A stretch of DNA of 64,000 nucleotides from Moniliella sp. 'wahieum'. Taxonomy: Eukaryota. The notes under the pieces are model-generated. The model was given only the letters and a program-made list of their open reading frames with translations. It searched no databases and was not told the origin of the DNA. Positions 25,765-37,008 of this stretch are shown here, piece by piece; the first letter of the stretch is position 1; every line of letters starts with the position of its first letter. The translations under genes and the position numbers were made by a program. The stretch covers positions 1 through 64,000 of the forward strand of contig RSEE01000093.1 of the NCBI GenBank assembly GCA_003971905.1, read 5' to 3'.

Positions 25765-25950
25765 TGTCACAGTCGGGTGGCTAACGCGGGGGACGAGAAT
25801 TGGGACTAGGCCAGGGGGTGTAGCAATCATTCGTGGGGAAGAAGAAAGAGCAGAGGACACGGTGCGAAGTGGAGGAAACAGGGAAAGAGCGAGACGCCCG
25901 AGACGAAGAAATTGGAAATGGGAGCGAAGAGATCAGCCAACCTTATAACA
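25765..25950. mobile_element. Solo-LTR-like repeat (copy C), inverted relative to copy A
   Basis: TGTCACAGTCGGG...GGGGTGTAGCAATCATTCGTGGGGAAGAAG...GGTGCGAAGTGGA...GAGATCAGCCAA...TAACA. Colinear with the reverse complement of 23839-24018. Confidence 0.8.
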
Positions 25951-25995
25951 CCCACACACATAAACTACCGGCGCCCAGGCGATGGGTTTCTGACA

Positions 25996-26369
25996 TGTTA
26001 CGCCCATCACTAGGACCGCAATATATAGGCCGCATGGTGCGGTTCCTATCAGATTTGAGAGATCCAATACCGACTTCTCACACCTCATACCTCACAGCTG
26101 TGCTCCCTTCCTTTCTGGCAGCTGGCAGTGAGAGGCAAATACACTTCAAATCGTCCCTCTCGGTAGATTGTGTAACCAGTCCACCTGCCTCTCCTTCCTC
26201 CATCTCACATTTCTTGGGGCACATACCTGCATTCGCTTGTTTTACATGGATGGGCTTGGGCGTAGTGGTGTGGTGTGTCTGCATCAAGATATTTATGTCG
26301 GCGTCGACGTTTGCAGCTGTATCTGCCTCGACGTGCATACATATGTGACTGACTCCTGTGGGCGTAATA
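25996..26369. mobile_element. Putative second-family solo LTR
   Basis: Begins TGTTACGCCC and ends GGGCGTAATA (9/10 inverted repeat of a TG..CA terminus). No TSD seen. Confidence 0.4.
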
Positions 26370-26454
26370 TGTAAGACAATATCCCCGAACAAATCAACTG
26401 GGTGAGACCCCCTCTTGTATGCACTGGACCACTGTTGCATGTTACCACAGATCC

Positions 26455-26865
26455 AGTGACTAGTGACGCGTGACGGGCAAACATGACCTCAAATGTCACA
26501 CTGCCCCCATGCCTCCCGCTTTCACTATTTCCCCCCAAGGCGCCCAGGCCCTCACAGGCGAGGTGCGAGGGCTGTGTGTTTTAAACCGGACATACGAGCA
26601 GAGTGGACCGTGGATCAGTGGGTCGGACCGGGTTGTTAGTGACTATAGTGACTTTAGTGACTAGCTAGTGACTAGTGATAGAGTGATCGTGATCTGACTT
26701 ATCTGACTAGGCCGACGACTAGGACTATGGCTATATCGAGGTGGAATCTAGTTATAGATACTGGTACTGAGTACACTGGAGTAATACTCAGACTGTGTAC
26801 TGAGGGTACTGAAGACGTACTGAGTACTGTTGAACGTTGATGCATGATGCAAGATATATGATACT
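26455..26865. repeat. TGA/palindrome mini-arrays (AGTGACT, GTACTGA, TGATGCA units)
   Basis: AG-TGA-CTAG-TGA-CGCG-TGA (26455-26473), repeated TAGTGACT (26637-26678), GT-TGA-ACGT-TGA-TGCA-TGA-TGCA-AGA-TATA-TGA (26829-26861). Confidence 0.8.
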
Positions 26866-27579
26866 CGAAGCCTTTCAGGCCTCGTACACCTAATATGAGA
26901 GCACCGGCAATATGCACCAAAAGAGGCTCGTATGTACTCAAAAAAAAGCACTTCGCTCAACCTCTCTTGTTCTGGTGCGCGTACCTGACAGCATTAGTTT
27001 TCGTGCTTATCTTCTCAGTCAAAACAGATCTAAACCTGTGTGTGCAACCCTCCTCCGTTTGATCCGCCCGTTTCAGAGACACGCCCACTATCGAGTATCC
27101 GGCACGCCCTGACGCATGACCCTCTGTCCTCGACCGTTAAGGTATCTTCCCCCGTTGGTTACTGTCCCGACCTAGCAGTCAGCCAAAAACCTTGATCAGC
27201 ACAAGGTTCAGGGACTCGTTTGCGGGGCTTTTCACGTATACTACCACCCTTCCACTATACACTGACGTCATCTGTACTGTTACCCGAAGGGTCAAAAGGG
27301 TCAAAAGAGGGTACCCGCTTTTTGGGAACTGGTTCCGTTCCTGCTCCACAGATACGGGGCCTGTCTCGCCCCAATCTCAAGAGAGCGGGGTTGTGACCCG
27401 TGGATTGTTCACCTCCTGGAGTGGCTTGGGAGAGGAAAACGAGGTGCTGGTCAGTTCCTTGCGTTCATCCTTGTCGGACCGGGGACCTATAACAAAAATG
27501 CCAGACCCTTTTCCCCCTCCACCATCCGATCCCACCGCGTCTTCCCCTCTCTCCTCGCACCTCCTCTTCTTTCCCCTCC

Positions 27580-28780
27580 ATGGGCCACATCTCCGATGTA
27601 TCCGAGGAGATTGAACATGCTGCCGCTGTCGCCGAAGCAGCGGCTCGCCAAGCCAAAGTCTCTTCCTCCCGGTCGCCCCGGCGTTTTCATCTGTCCACTC
27701 TGACATCCTCGATCTTACGCCACCCCCAACCGCCTGACCACCAGGCTCCGGTGCCAGGATGGACAAGCATCTCGGCCTACGATGTTCTCTCTCGCACCGC
27801 CCCTGAATTGCGTCGAAGTCAGGGTACTTCAAGTCCAAGTCCAAGCCCAAGTCCGAGTCCAAAAAGCATTTTTCTTGGCAAGAGACGCCATGCGCCGTTG
27901 CCTCTGACCCCGATTGACCCTTGGGAGTGCGCTGAACCGATCCAGCTCCCCAGCCGGTCGATCAGCCCAATGACCTGTTCTTTTGACACTCGCCGCTCGG
28001 CAGCTCCAGTCCTGCTTCCAGTGTGACTGGGGAGGGCAACCCATCGCCACCATCAATCTCCTTTAGCTCCTCCTCGGCCGACTGTCTGTCCAGTCCGCCG
28101 TTGAAGTGGCCGCCATGCTCGGGCTTACCTTTAACCCGACCGCATGGGAGGTGGCCGCCACCTCACCCGACGGCTCGCCGGCTTGCACCTCATGCGACAT
28201 GGATTGCACAGTGCGGCGGGGAAAGCCAACACGGTCGCTGCGCAGAGTCGATCGTGGGTTGCCCCATCCTATCCCGCCGGGGGACCCTGAACAGAACTCG
28301 ACGGCCCTGCTATCTCGTCCACCTCAGCACGCCTCGGGCCTCCCCATCAACCTGCCCTGGAGCGATACCCTGCTCCGGTTCCCTCTGCCCCCTCCGACCT
28401 CAACCGCAACCTCACGAGCCCACCCGCCCTCATTTCCCCCATCGTGCCTAGCACCCACCCATCAGGACCATCTATTAAACGAAGTAGCAAGCTACGCACT
28501 TTCCCCTCCCGCCCCGGTCCCCCTCCTTCCAGCCCCCTCCCGCCCATCCCGCATCTGTCGCAGCACCGTTCCGGTAGGACTCATAACCCACCCTCAGCTG
28601 ACCCGCTCCGGCCTTAGCCCAACGTGGCATGACGAACGTGTATACACTCCTTTTGGGGCGGGTTCTTTTTGTCGTGTGGCGCATGCGGTTGCGGGCAGGT
28701 TATCAGTCTGTGGTGTGTATGTGGGCGGAGGGGAGAGGGGACAGGAATCAAGAACGAGTGACAGGCGGACTGATGATTGA
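27580..28780 (+). CDS. Hypothetical Ser/Pro-rich disordered protein
   Basis: ATG after a CT-rich leader and a TATAAC at about 27488. Consecutive ORFs 27580-28026, 28023-28451 and 28106-28780; 3' end uncertain. Confidence 0.45.
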
Positions 28781-30521
28781 GGGTATCGAGTTGTTCGTGA
28801 TTCTTCCGATGCTTCTCCGCGGCGCGCTTGGCGCGCCCAACATGACTCAACAAAACGAGAGGGATCAGCAATGTAAAAGGTATTTTATTGTGATGTTGAA
28901 GAGGATCTGAGCGTCTGTGGAGATTTTGTGGTGGGAGAGAGTTCCTTTGACAGTCCGGCTGCCACGCTGGCATTATATTCCCACTGTGCCTTGCCCTGGT
29001 GCCTGCACCTGTCTTCCTTGGTGCATCAACAGCTGTTTCTGCCTCTTCTCTGTGGCTCCACGACCGACACTGCTTCAGCCGGTCCGTAGCTGGAGTGCCT
29101 CCATGGTCAGTAAGGGGATCACGTAATCAACGGCGGCCTGTGTAAGGTTTACGTTCCTTTTGTTCCCCCGCTCGATTCATTATGCCTTCATCGATCATCG
29201 ATCATCATGATACCCGGCCCAGCAGACCTAGAAGTCAGGCCGGTCAGGGCAACGCAAGGACAGCCACAATTGACCACCACCGGCTATGCGGCAGCGCTGG
29301 TAGTGAGGATCAGAGCGAAGACCCGAACGACGTTGGAGCGCGAGCGAGAGATGCGATCAAGAGGAATAGGAGAGTGCATTGGTAAATTAACGACCCCTCT
29401 GCGAAACGCCAAGCCCACCAACTGTCATGCATGACATGCATCATGCATGCATCAATCTCGATTTTGGTTGGTATTATTCTGGGCACCGGGCATCGAGCAT
29501 CAGAGCAAGGCTTGGCAGCTTGGCACCACCCTGGCCCGACCAGATCGCAAAGCTTACTGCTACGAGGACGCCCACAACCGGCAACCGGAAAGGTATACCG
29601 ATCGGAATTACAAAAAAGCCTAGAGGCCACCCGGGGCCCTGCCAGGCCCTGCCCGAGTGCTCCTTGCTGACTTGCCAAGGCCTGTGCCTTGGTGCGGACG
29701 CGTCTGACAGGCACGGCGTTCGCGCTGGCTATAGCGTAGGGCAGAGGGCGCAGGGAGCTTGTCGGGAAGAAGGCGAGTAGGCCCGGTGTGCTGTGGATAC
29801 CGAGAGAGGCAGGATGGGATGGTAATACGCGTGGGTGGCGGGTGTATCTGCCGTGGGGGGGAGGTAATGGAGGTAATCGCGGCATGGCACATGGGGCCGC
29901 AAGAGACCTGGGTGGGCGTGTGGCCCAATGGACCCGCGATCGTTCGGCGCGTACGCTGGTGGCGCCCGTTCGCGTTCGGGCCAGGGCGGAGGCTCATAGT
30001 GAACGAGAGTACGTTGAACGAACGCTGGCGGAGCAGCGCAGCACTCCAGCACTCCCGCACTGGCCAGCGTCCGGGGGCATCACGTGAGCCATGGCCTCGC
30101 CCGGGCCAAGAACCGATTAAGAACCCCAGCACTCATTAATCACAGATCACCGATCAGTAGCATCCATCATCGATCTCATCTCATCGATCATCGATCCCAT
30201 CGATGCGGCCGGTGCGTCGCATGGCATGGGTCAGGGCGGCCGCGCAGGGCCAGTGTCGGGCGCGGGGGCTGCGCGGACGCGGGGGCGCGGGGGGGGCAGT
30301 CTGGGGCTGCTGGGGTACGCACCGCGGGGGAGTGCTGCGGGCACAGGGCCGCACAGGGCAGAGCCGCCCCGCCATCCTCTGTCCTCCATCCCCCATCCAC
30401 CATCGACATCGCCCCGCCCCCCACCACGCCAGCCTGCTGCCTGGCCAGTCGATGGCCCGCCCACCCCGCCCTTCCCACCGCCAGTGCCAGTACCTGTGCC
30501 AGTGCCCCCGCCCCCGCGTCC

Positions 30522-33500
30522 ATGCCGGCCTCCCCCAGCACCGTCTCCTCGTCTCAGCCCCCTCTGACTCGCCCCGCCCAGCCACGCAGACACCACCGCC
30601 TCCCCCGCCTCCGCCGCCGCCGTCCCCCCCCCGCTGCCTCCAGCGCCCCCAGCGAGCGCTCGGCTGGCCATGGCATCCTCCGCAACAACCCGCTCCACGT
30701 CCCCCGCGCTCAGCCCGTCTCCTTCTGTCGAGATAAGAACGGTGTGGTGCGCACCCAGATCCGCGCCGTTACTGCCGAGCCAGAGCAGGAGGCTGCCCTG
30801 CGCAAAGAACAGGCTGAGCGACGTGAACGCCGCGCGCGAGAGCGCGCGCGAAAGAGGAGGCACGCCAACGGGAGCGCGAGGCTGAGCGGCTATGGGGGAT
30901 GAGCAAGGTGGCCATGCTGCTTGGCATGGCCGACATCAACTTCAATGCCAGATGGCCATCCTCGGCGGATGGGGCACCGGATCGGGCTCCCAAACCTACA
31001 TCCCTTCCCTCCAACAAAAGAGGGAAGCCGAGCGGCAGGTACGCAATCGCCAACTGGCCGATCGGCGCCAGATTGCGCTCGAGCGTGCTCGCGCCAAAGC
31101 CCATCCGCCGACTGGGGAGGACAAGAAGAAGCCGAAGTCCTGGTTTCACAGCCGACCTAAGAGCATAAGCGAGGGCGAAAGAAAGAAAACAATGAGGAGA
31201 ACGAAAATGAAAATGAAAATGACAACGAAGACGGTTGGCTTGATGCGGAGGAACTGGCGGCGATCAATGCGATCATCAATACCCGTCGCTCCATGGCGTC
31301 CGCCCAGGCCTTGGCCGAGGGGTTGCTCAAACCGCGTGCCAAGTCGCTTGACAATGTCTCGCGGCTTGGGAGGGAGGGGAAACCGGTGGCGTCGTCCGAA
31401 ATCTCGGATTCGGTCAACGGGTAGACGCCCAGCCCCCGCTCCAGCCACCCTTCCGCGAGATACCAACGAGAAGGCACGCAGTGATGGGCTCTGTCATCTC
31501 CTGCTGGCCGGATCCGTTTCGCGCTCTGCCAGTGCCATGGGAGGAAGTAGATGACGAAGAGAGGGGGGTACCTTGGCACTGGCATCATTGCCTACCTCCG
31601 TGAACGCCTCGAGGAAGAACTCAACGACCGCTCCGAGCGATCAGAGCGGGCGAACGCAAACCAATCCTCCACCTCCCTCCCTGCTGACGGCTTCAGCCTC
31701 GGCTTCCCAAATTCTCTCCTGACGACGAGGTCCAGCAGCATGCCGGCACCTCGACCGAGATGTTGCCCACTGCCGAGGGAGACTCACCATTGACGAAGGG
31801 GCCTCGGTCTCGGGCCGAGCGAGTGGGACGGTGGGGGAAGCACACGAAGTGGAAAGCGAACCGGAAAGCGAGGCGTGGTGGTGTTGCCCAGAGAGAGGAA
31901 AAACGGCTGGCTGGTACGTGGGTCGGACAGTGATCGAAAGTGACATGTGGCGGCCGGCTGACAATTGTGTGTGTGTGTGTGTCGTTGTGGATTTGTTTGT
32001 GGTTGCTCTGGTTGGCGCTGGCTACTGGGCGTGAATGATACGTTGGGTCGGTTTGCGTTGGGCTGTGCTGTGTGTGCTCACCTACGCTTCGGACCGTGAT
32101 CAGGTTGGGATCGCGCTCCAAGCGTTTCCGTCGCCACCATTCCGACTCGGTAACTGCCGTGCCAGCTCCTCGTTCCGCCGCCTTCGCCGCTTGGCAGCGG
32201 AGGCTCCAGCGCGTCGTCGAAACGGTTCGCGCAATAAACCGAAGCCCAGTCGCGACGCTTGTCCCGCACTTCCTCCCGTCGTTCTGTCCGGTCGGAAGAT
32301 GGGCCCGCGGCGACGGGAATTGGACCCCCAAGAACGGCAACGGCGGCGTTCCATGGTTCTTGCTGCCCGTCCAGGCGGCACCGGCATGGTGACCTGCTAG
32401 ATGGAAACACGCATTCCCGCTCGCAGAGTCAACGACCCCATGCCCAAGACCATGATCCGTCTGAACAGGAGTGGGGGTACGCCTTGTTAGCCAAAGAGGG
32501 TGCCCGTCGAACTTCCATGAGCCAACAGCGTACCGAGCCAGCTGAACCGGTCGAACCCCATTCCCCCGCCTCCCCGATGCGCCTGCCGTCGAGGCGATCT
32601 CCACTACGGAAGAGCCTGCGCCCGAGGCGCAGGTCTGGACTGGGCTCGTAACCCGCGAGAAGGCGCAGCAGATCCAAGCACGCCACCAAGCTGAGATGGA
32701 AACGCTGGGGAGAGAGGTGCTAGCTCACGTGCATCAGCAACGTGCCAAACGCAAAGAAACGCTCGATGGGTCCCCCTACCCGAACGGAAAGAGAACAAGG
32801 ACCATTCCTTCCTCCACCATGTCCACCCGGATCGCGAGTCTGCTTCGGCCCTTGAAAGCAACAGTGCACCTGGCGATGCCACGCCGCCACCGTCAGCTAA
32901 GGGCAAGGGCAAGAACAAACGCGGCCGCGCTCGCCACCAGAGTCGGAGGAGCTACATGAAACGTCGGAGGACAGTGTGGCGCACAAACCAGGGGGCGACG
33001 TCTGTTGCGCGAAGAAAGGTTGTTGGCCAAGAAGCGCCATGCGGCCGCCGCACGTCGACGCATGGAGGCGGTGTATGCGTCCATGTTGCCCGTGTCGAAG
33101 CCGGGGCAGACAGCGGTGCCGTTACCCCCAGGCAGCGCGTTGCCGCGCAAACCCGACGCGCGCGGGGTGATGGTAGTCCCCTACCCATTCCACAACTTGG
33201 TCGTCGGCCCGTCCGGCCGCGCGAGGGACGGTCGTGGGCGGAGGTGGAGCACATGCTCCATCAAGACGAGGATCTGGCAGACTCAGACGCGCAGAATGCC
33301 GCGGAAGAGGGGGAAGAGGGGGAGGGTACAGATCAGGAAGAGGAAGAAGAGGTGCACCGGGAAGGCGATGGAGAAGACGAAGAAGAAGGAGAAGGAGAAG
33401 AGGGAGACGACGACGACGAAGAGGCAAGTTCCAGTTCCTGGGGCCAATGGACTCCTGGCTCTCGCCTCACCACTCGTGCGGCGGGGAGGGAGTTACTCGC

Positions 33501-34150
33501 TTACCCTCATCTTCGCTCGCGACGAGCCGCTACGCTCGATCCGCGTCGGTCCAGTAAAGCGGCCGATGCACCCATGGTGCCTAGCCCGGTCCCGCCTACC
33601 TTGCACAGATCGAATACACTTCCTCTGCCTGCGGCTGAGCGGACGCTCCCGCGCAGGGGGCATCCCCACCCTCTCCTCCAGCCCGCTCCCCGTGTCCTCC
33701 TCCCTGTCAGAGAGGCCACGGTCCGAGAAAGGAGCTGACTTGGAAACGGCCGCATGTCGCTCCCCTCTCTCGTCCCGGCCGCTCCCGTGTCCGAGGCGCC
33801 TCCCATTCCCGCTCTCCCGCTCGATCCCACACATCTCGACCCCGCTCCCGCAACCCACGCCCACCTCGCTCCGAGCTCGAGCCTGAGGCCGAACACGAAG
33901 ATCTAGACCCGGACTGGAGCACCCACTACCCCCGCGCCGCGCCGTGTCCGACGCCTCGTCGCACTTGTCGCCCTATGCACGCATCCACCAACACCACCTC
34001 GCCGTCCTGGCCGAAGTACGGGCGCGAGCGGAACGCAAGGCCCACCGCGACGAGCCAGCCGACATTGATTTTGGTTGGACCCGGCCCATTCGGACCGCAT
34101 ATCTGCACCCTCCCTCCTCGCTCCCGCTGCGTAAGAACAACCTGTCGTAA
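30522..34150 (+). CDS. Large hypothetical low-complexity protein (Arg/Glu-rich helices, acidic tract)
   Basis: Chain of frameshifted plus-strand ORFs (EQEAALRKEQAERRERRARE; YLGTGIIAYLRERLEEEL; acidic EEEGEDDD tract at about 33300-33425; ..PLRKNNLS*). Probable intron at about 31913-32103 containing (TG)n. Confidence 0.55.
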
Positions 34151-34583
34151 CACGGGCCTGGCCAGGCCACCGTGTCGCCTTCCTCGACCCGCAGCGGCGG
34201 GGATCGTGCTATCTATAATGGAAATTGCCCTATTCTTTCCTTTTCTCGTCTTGTCTCCTGGCCCTGCCTGTTTGCCACGAGGCCCACCGGGACGCTCAGC
34301 GGTACCACCGTCGTTGATCATAACTAAGGCACTCCCTTTTCCGAGATGGGCGGCGCAGGTGGGGTGGCGATAGCATCCACGTAGTCTCGCAGCCGCGGCC
34401 AGCTGCTCTGCCCGGCCGTGCCACCGATTGTAGAGTGATCACGTGACGCGGTGTGCGCTTACGTGGGCGGTGCGCTAGAGTTGGCCAGGATGGTTGGTTG
34501 GTGGAGCGTGGATGCCTGGTGTATACGCGACGCCGCGCCGACGAGCGTCCCGCCATCCAGCCTCTCCCCCGCTCGCCGCCAGC

Positions 34584-35957
34584 ATGTCCGCGCGCATGAT
34601 CCGCGAGCTGAGCCGCCGGCAGCCCGACATGGGTGATGCTGGTCTCGCTGCGCGTTTGGTCGGCCGCGCCCAGACGTACTACCAAGCGGTCGAACACGCC
34701 AGCCAGGCCGGCAGTTTCCGGCGCGAGGCCGAACGCATGGGTGCTGGCACGGTGCACATTTGTGTGTACCATGCCTTTGTTAGGTCCGCCTTCTACCCGG
34801 GTGCTTGCTGCCGTGGCTAACTCTGCTTGGATCCAGTCTCCACCCCAACGACAAGGAGGCCCAGAACACCTTCTTCACTCAGCTCGTTGCCGCCGCTGCC
34901 TTGCCCAAAGCGACGTTTCAGCAGGGCATCCGCGACCTGCAGCGCCTCTTGGCGCCCCAGCACGACGCTACCCCGTCCCGCTCCCGCGTGCGCGCCCCAC
35001 CGAGTTCGGCACATTCCACCCCGCGGCGAACTGGGCCGGCATCCAGTACCAAGGCCACCCCCGAGTCGGCCCAGGCCAGCGCTAAGAAACTGTTGGATCC
35101 CAAGTACCTCGCCACCCTGCGCGCCGCTTCGTCCCCCTCCTCCCTTGAGCCCAGCACGCCTTCCAAGTCCTCCCGCACTACGCCTACCTCGGGGCGAAAA
35201 CGCAGTGCATTGGGTACACCCGGCACACCCAGTAGCCGACGAACGTTGCGCACGTCGGGCCTGCTACCCACGCGCACCGCGGTTCCCGCTGCCTCCGACG
35301 CTCCTGCTCCTGCTCCTGCTCTACCGGCCTCCCACTCCAGCCCTCACCACACCAACAAAGCGGAGATTGCCTGCATGGGGGAGGAGGATAGCGAAGCGGC
35401 GGATCAAACGGTCCGCTTGACCAGCCCGCACAAGCGGGCCAAGGTGCGAGCTGCCCTGCAAGCCGCCACGGAAGCCGTCTCGGATGAGGAGCCTGCGGAT
35501 GCGGAAATGGAAGATCAGACCGAGAGACTCGATAGAGAAGAGAGAGAGAAGAAGAGGGCGAAGAAGAGGGTCAAGACGAGGGTCAAGACGAGAACGTGGC
35601 GCCGAGGGTTAGCGGGGTACGGCACCCCGTGCTCTACCATCCGCTCCTGTTCCACCCAACTCTCAATGCCGATGGGGAAAGGATGAGGTGGAGCTAACGA
35701 GAAACTCGCTGGTATCTACGCTGCTTCCGCATGTGCTGCCTGCACGCGCACGTCGCCGCCCCATCCTGGCCATCAGCTCTGCCGATTGGCTCGCACCATG
35801 GGAAGACGCGCTCCTGGTCGCACGGGAACGCACCGAGTCCGGTGCGCCCGCTTGGTTAGCCTCAATGGACTACGCACATACCCGCACTGTACCTCGCGAC
35901 GCACGACAGGATCTCGAGCAGTGGCTCACCCCCGATCGTCCGGCGGAGGCAGCGTGA
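34584..35957 (+). CDS. Possible origin recognition complex subunit 6-like protein
   Basis: N-terminal helical domain (LVGRAQTYY..ERMGAGTVHICVYHAF|..LVAAAALPKATFQQGIRDLQRLL) resembling the fungal Orc6 N-domain, followed by an S/T-P-rich CDK-site region. Short intron at about 34780-34835 with a CTAAC branch; TCACGTGACGCG upstream at 34439. Confidence 0.45.
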
Positions 35958-37008
35958 ATGCCGAATGGGTCTGTACGGCGCGATTCGCTTTCCTGGGACG
36001 TGACTGTTGAACGATGGAAGTGGAGGGGCTGAGAGACTTTGGCTACTTGCAATACATCGATTTCATCTCTCTACTGGCAGAGCGGTCTTGGCCGGGGTCA
36101 TACGAAGGGGGGGGGAGGGTACTAAACGCTGCGCAGTAACCTGGCCAGGAAAAAATGGTAGTGAAAGGGCAAGTGGGAACCCAAGAGAGTGTTGTACACC
36201 ATTATTGGCCGTGTTAGCTTCGCGCTAGCACAGCAGTCATAGGCTGTCAGGATCGAACACGATGAAATGGACACCGTGGCTCTGATTGAATGGTACCGTG
36301 ATGTGTGGACGAGAGGATCTCAGCTGCGCTGGTAATCAGGTAGCCTGGACATGTCCCCTTTTGCTCTTGTCAGCGCTCAACAAAGGTGCAACCTGTCGTA
36401 GTACCCCTCCTGCATCGTCCACATCGATGTCATGGAGCATGGCATGCATGCAGTTGACTTCGCTTTCAGCGTCGGGCTTGTTTGGCCAGGCTTCAATGCT
36501 GCGTCTTCACCCCACCCTTGGTTCCTGAAGCTTGGTGCTCTCGCCATCGCATCTGGCTCCCTGTACGCCGATGCAACGAGAAGGAAGCGAGACGCAGGAC
36601 GAGGCTGCTTAAGCCGTGCCTGTCCGTCTGTCCTTCGAGATCCAACACCCACTAATGGCAGCGGCGACCCAAGGCGTACTTCTCGGACGCACCTTGCCCT
36701 GCTCTTGGCCTATACAAACGCACAAGACGGCATCCCCAATTGAACCAGTCTGATGAATCTGAAGCCGCAGCCCATAGACACCGAATGACGTCACTCGGCT
36801 GCACCCGACTGGGGCGGCTGCGGCCGCCTACGTCATACGCGCGTCACAGTGCCCGGCCGTGCGTGGGGCGTGAGGCGGCGGCAGCACCTGCACACTGGCG
36901 TGCTGCTGGGCTGCGTCCGCGCGCTGGGGCAGCCACGTTGGCCGCACCCGCTGGATGCCGCGCACGCCCTCATCCGCCCTCCATCCCCACCACCCACCGC
37001 CCGTCGCC

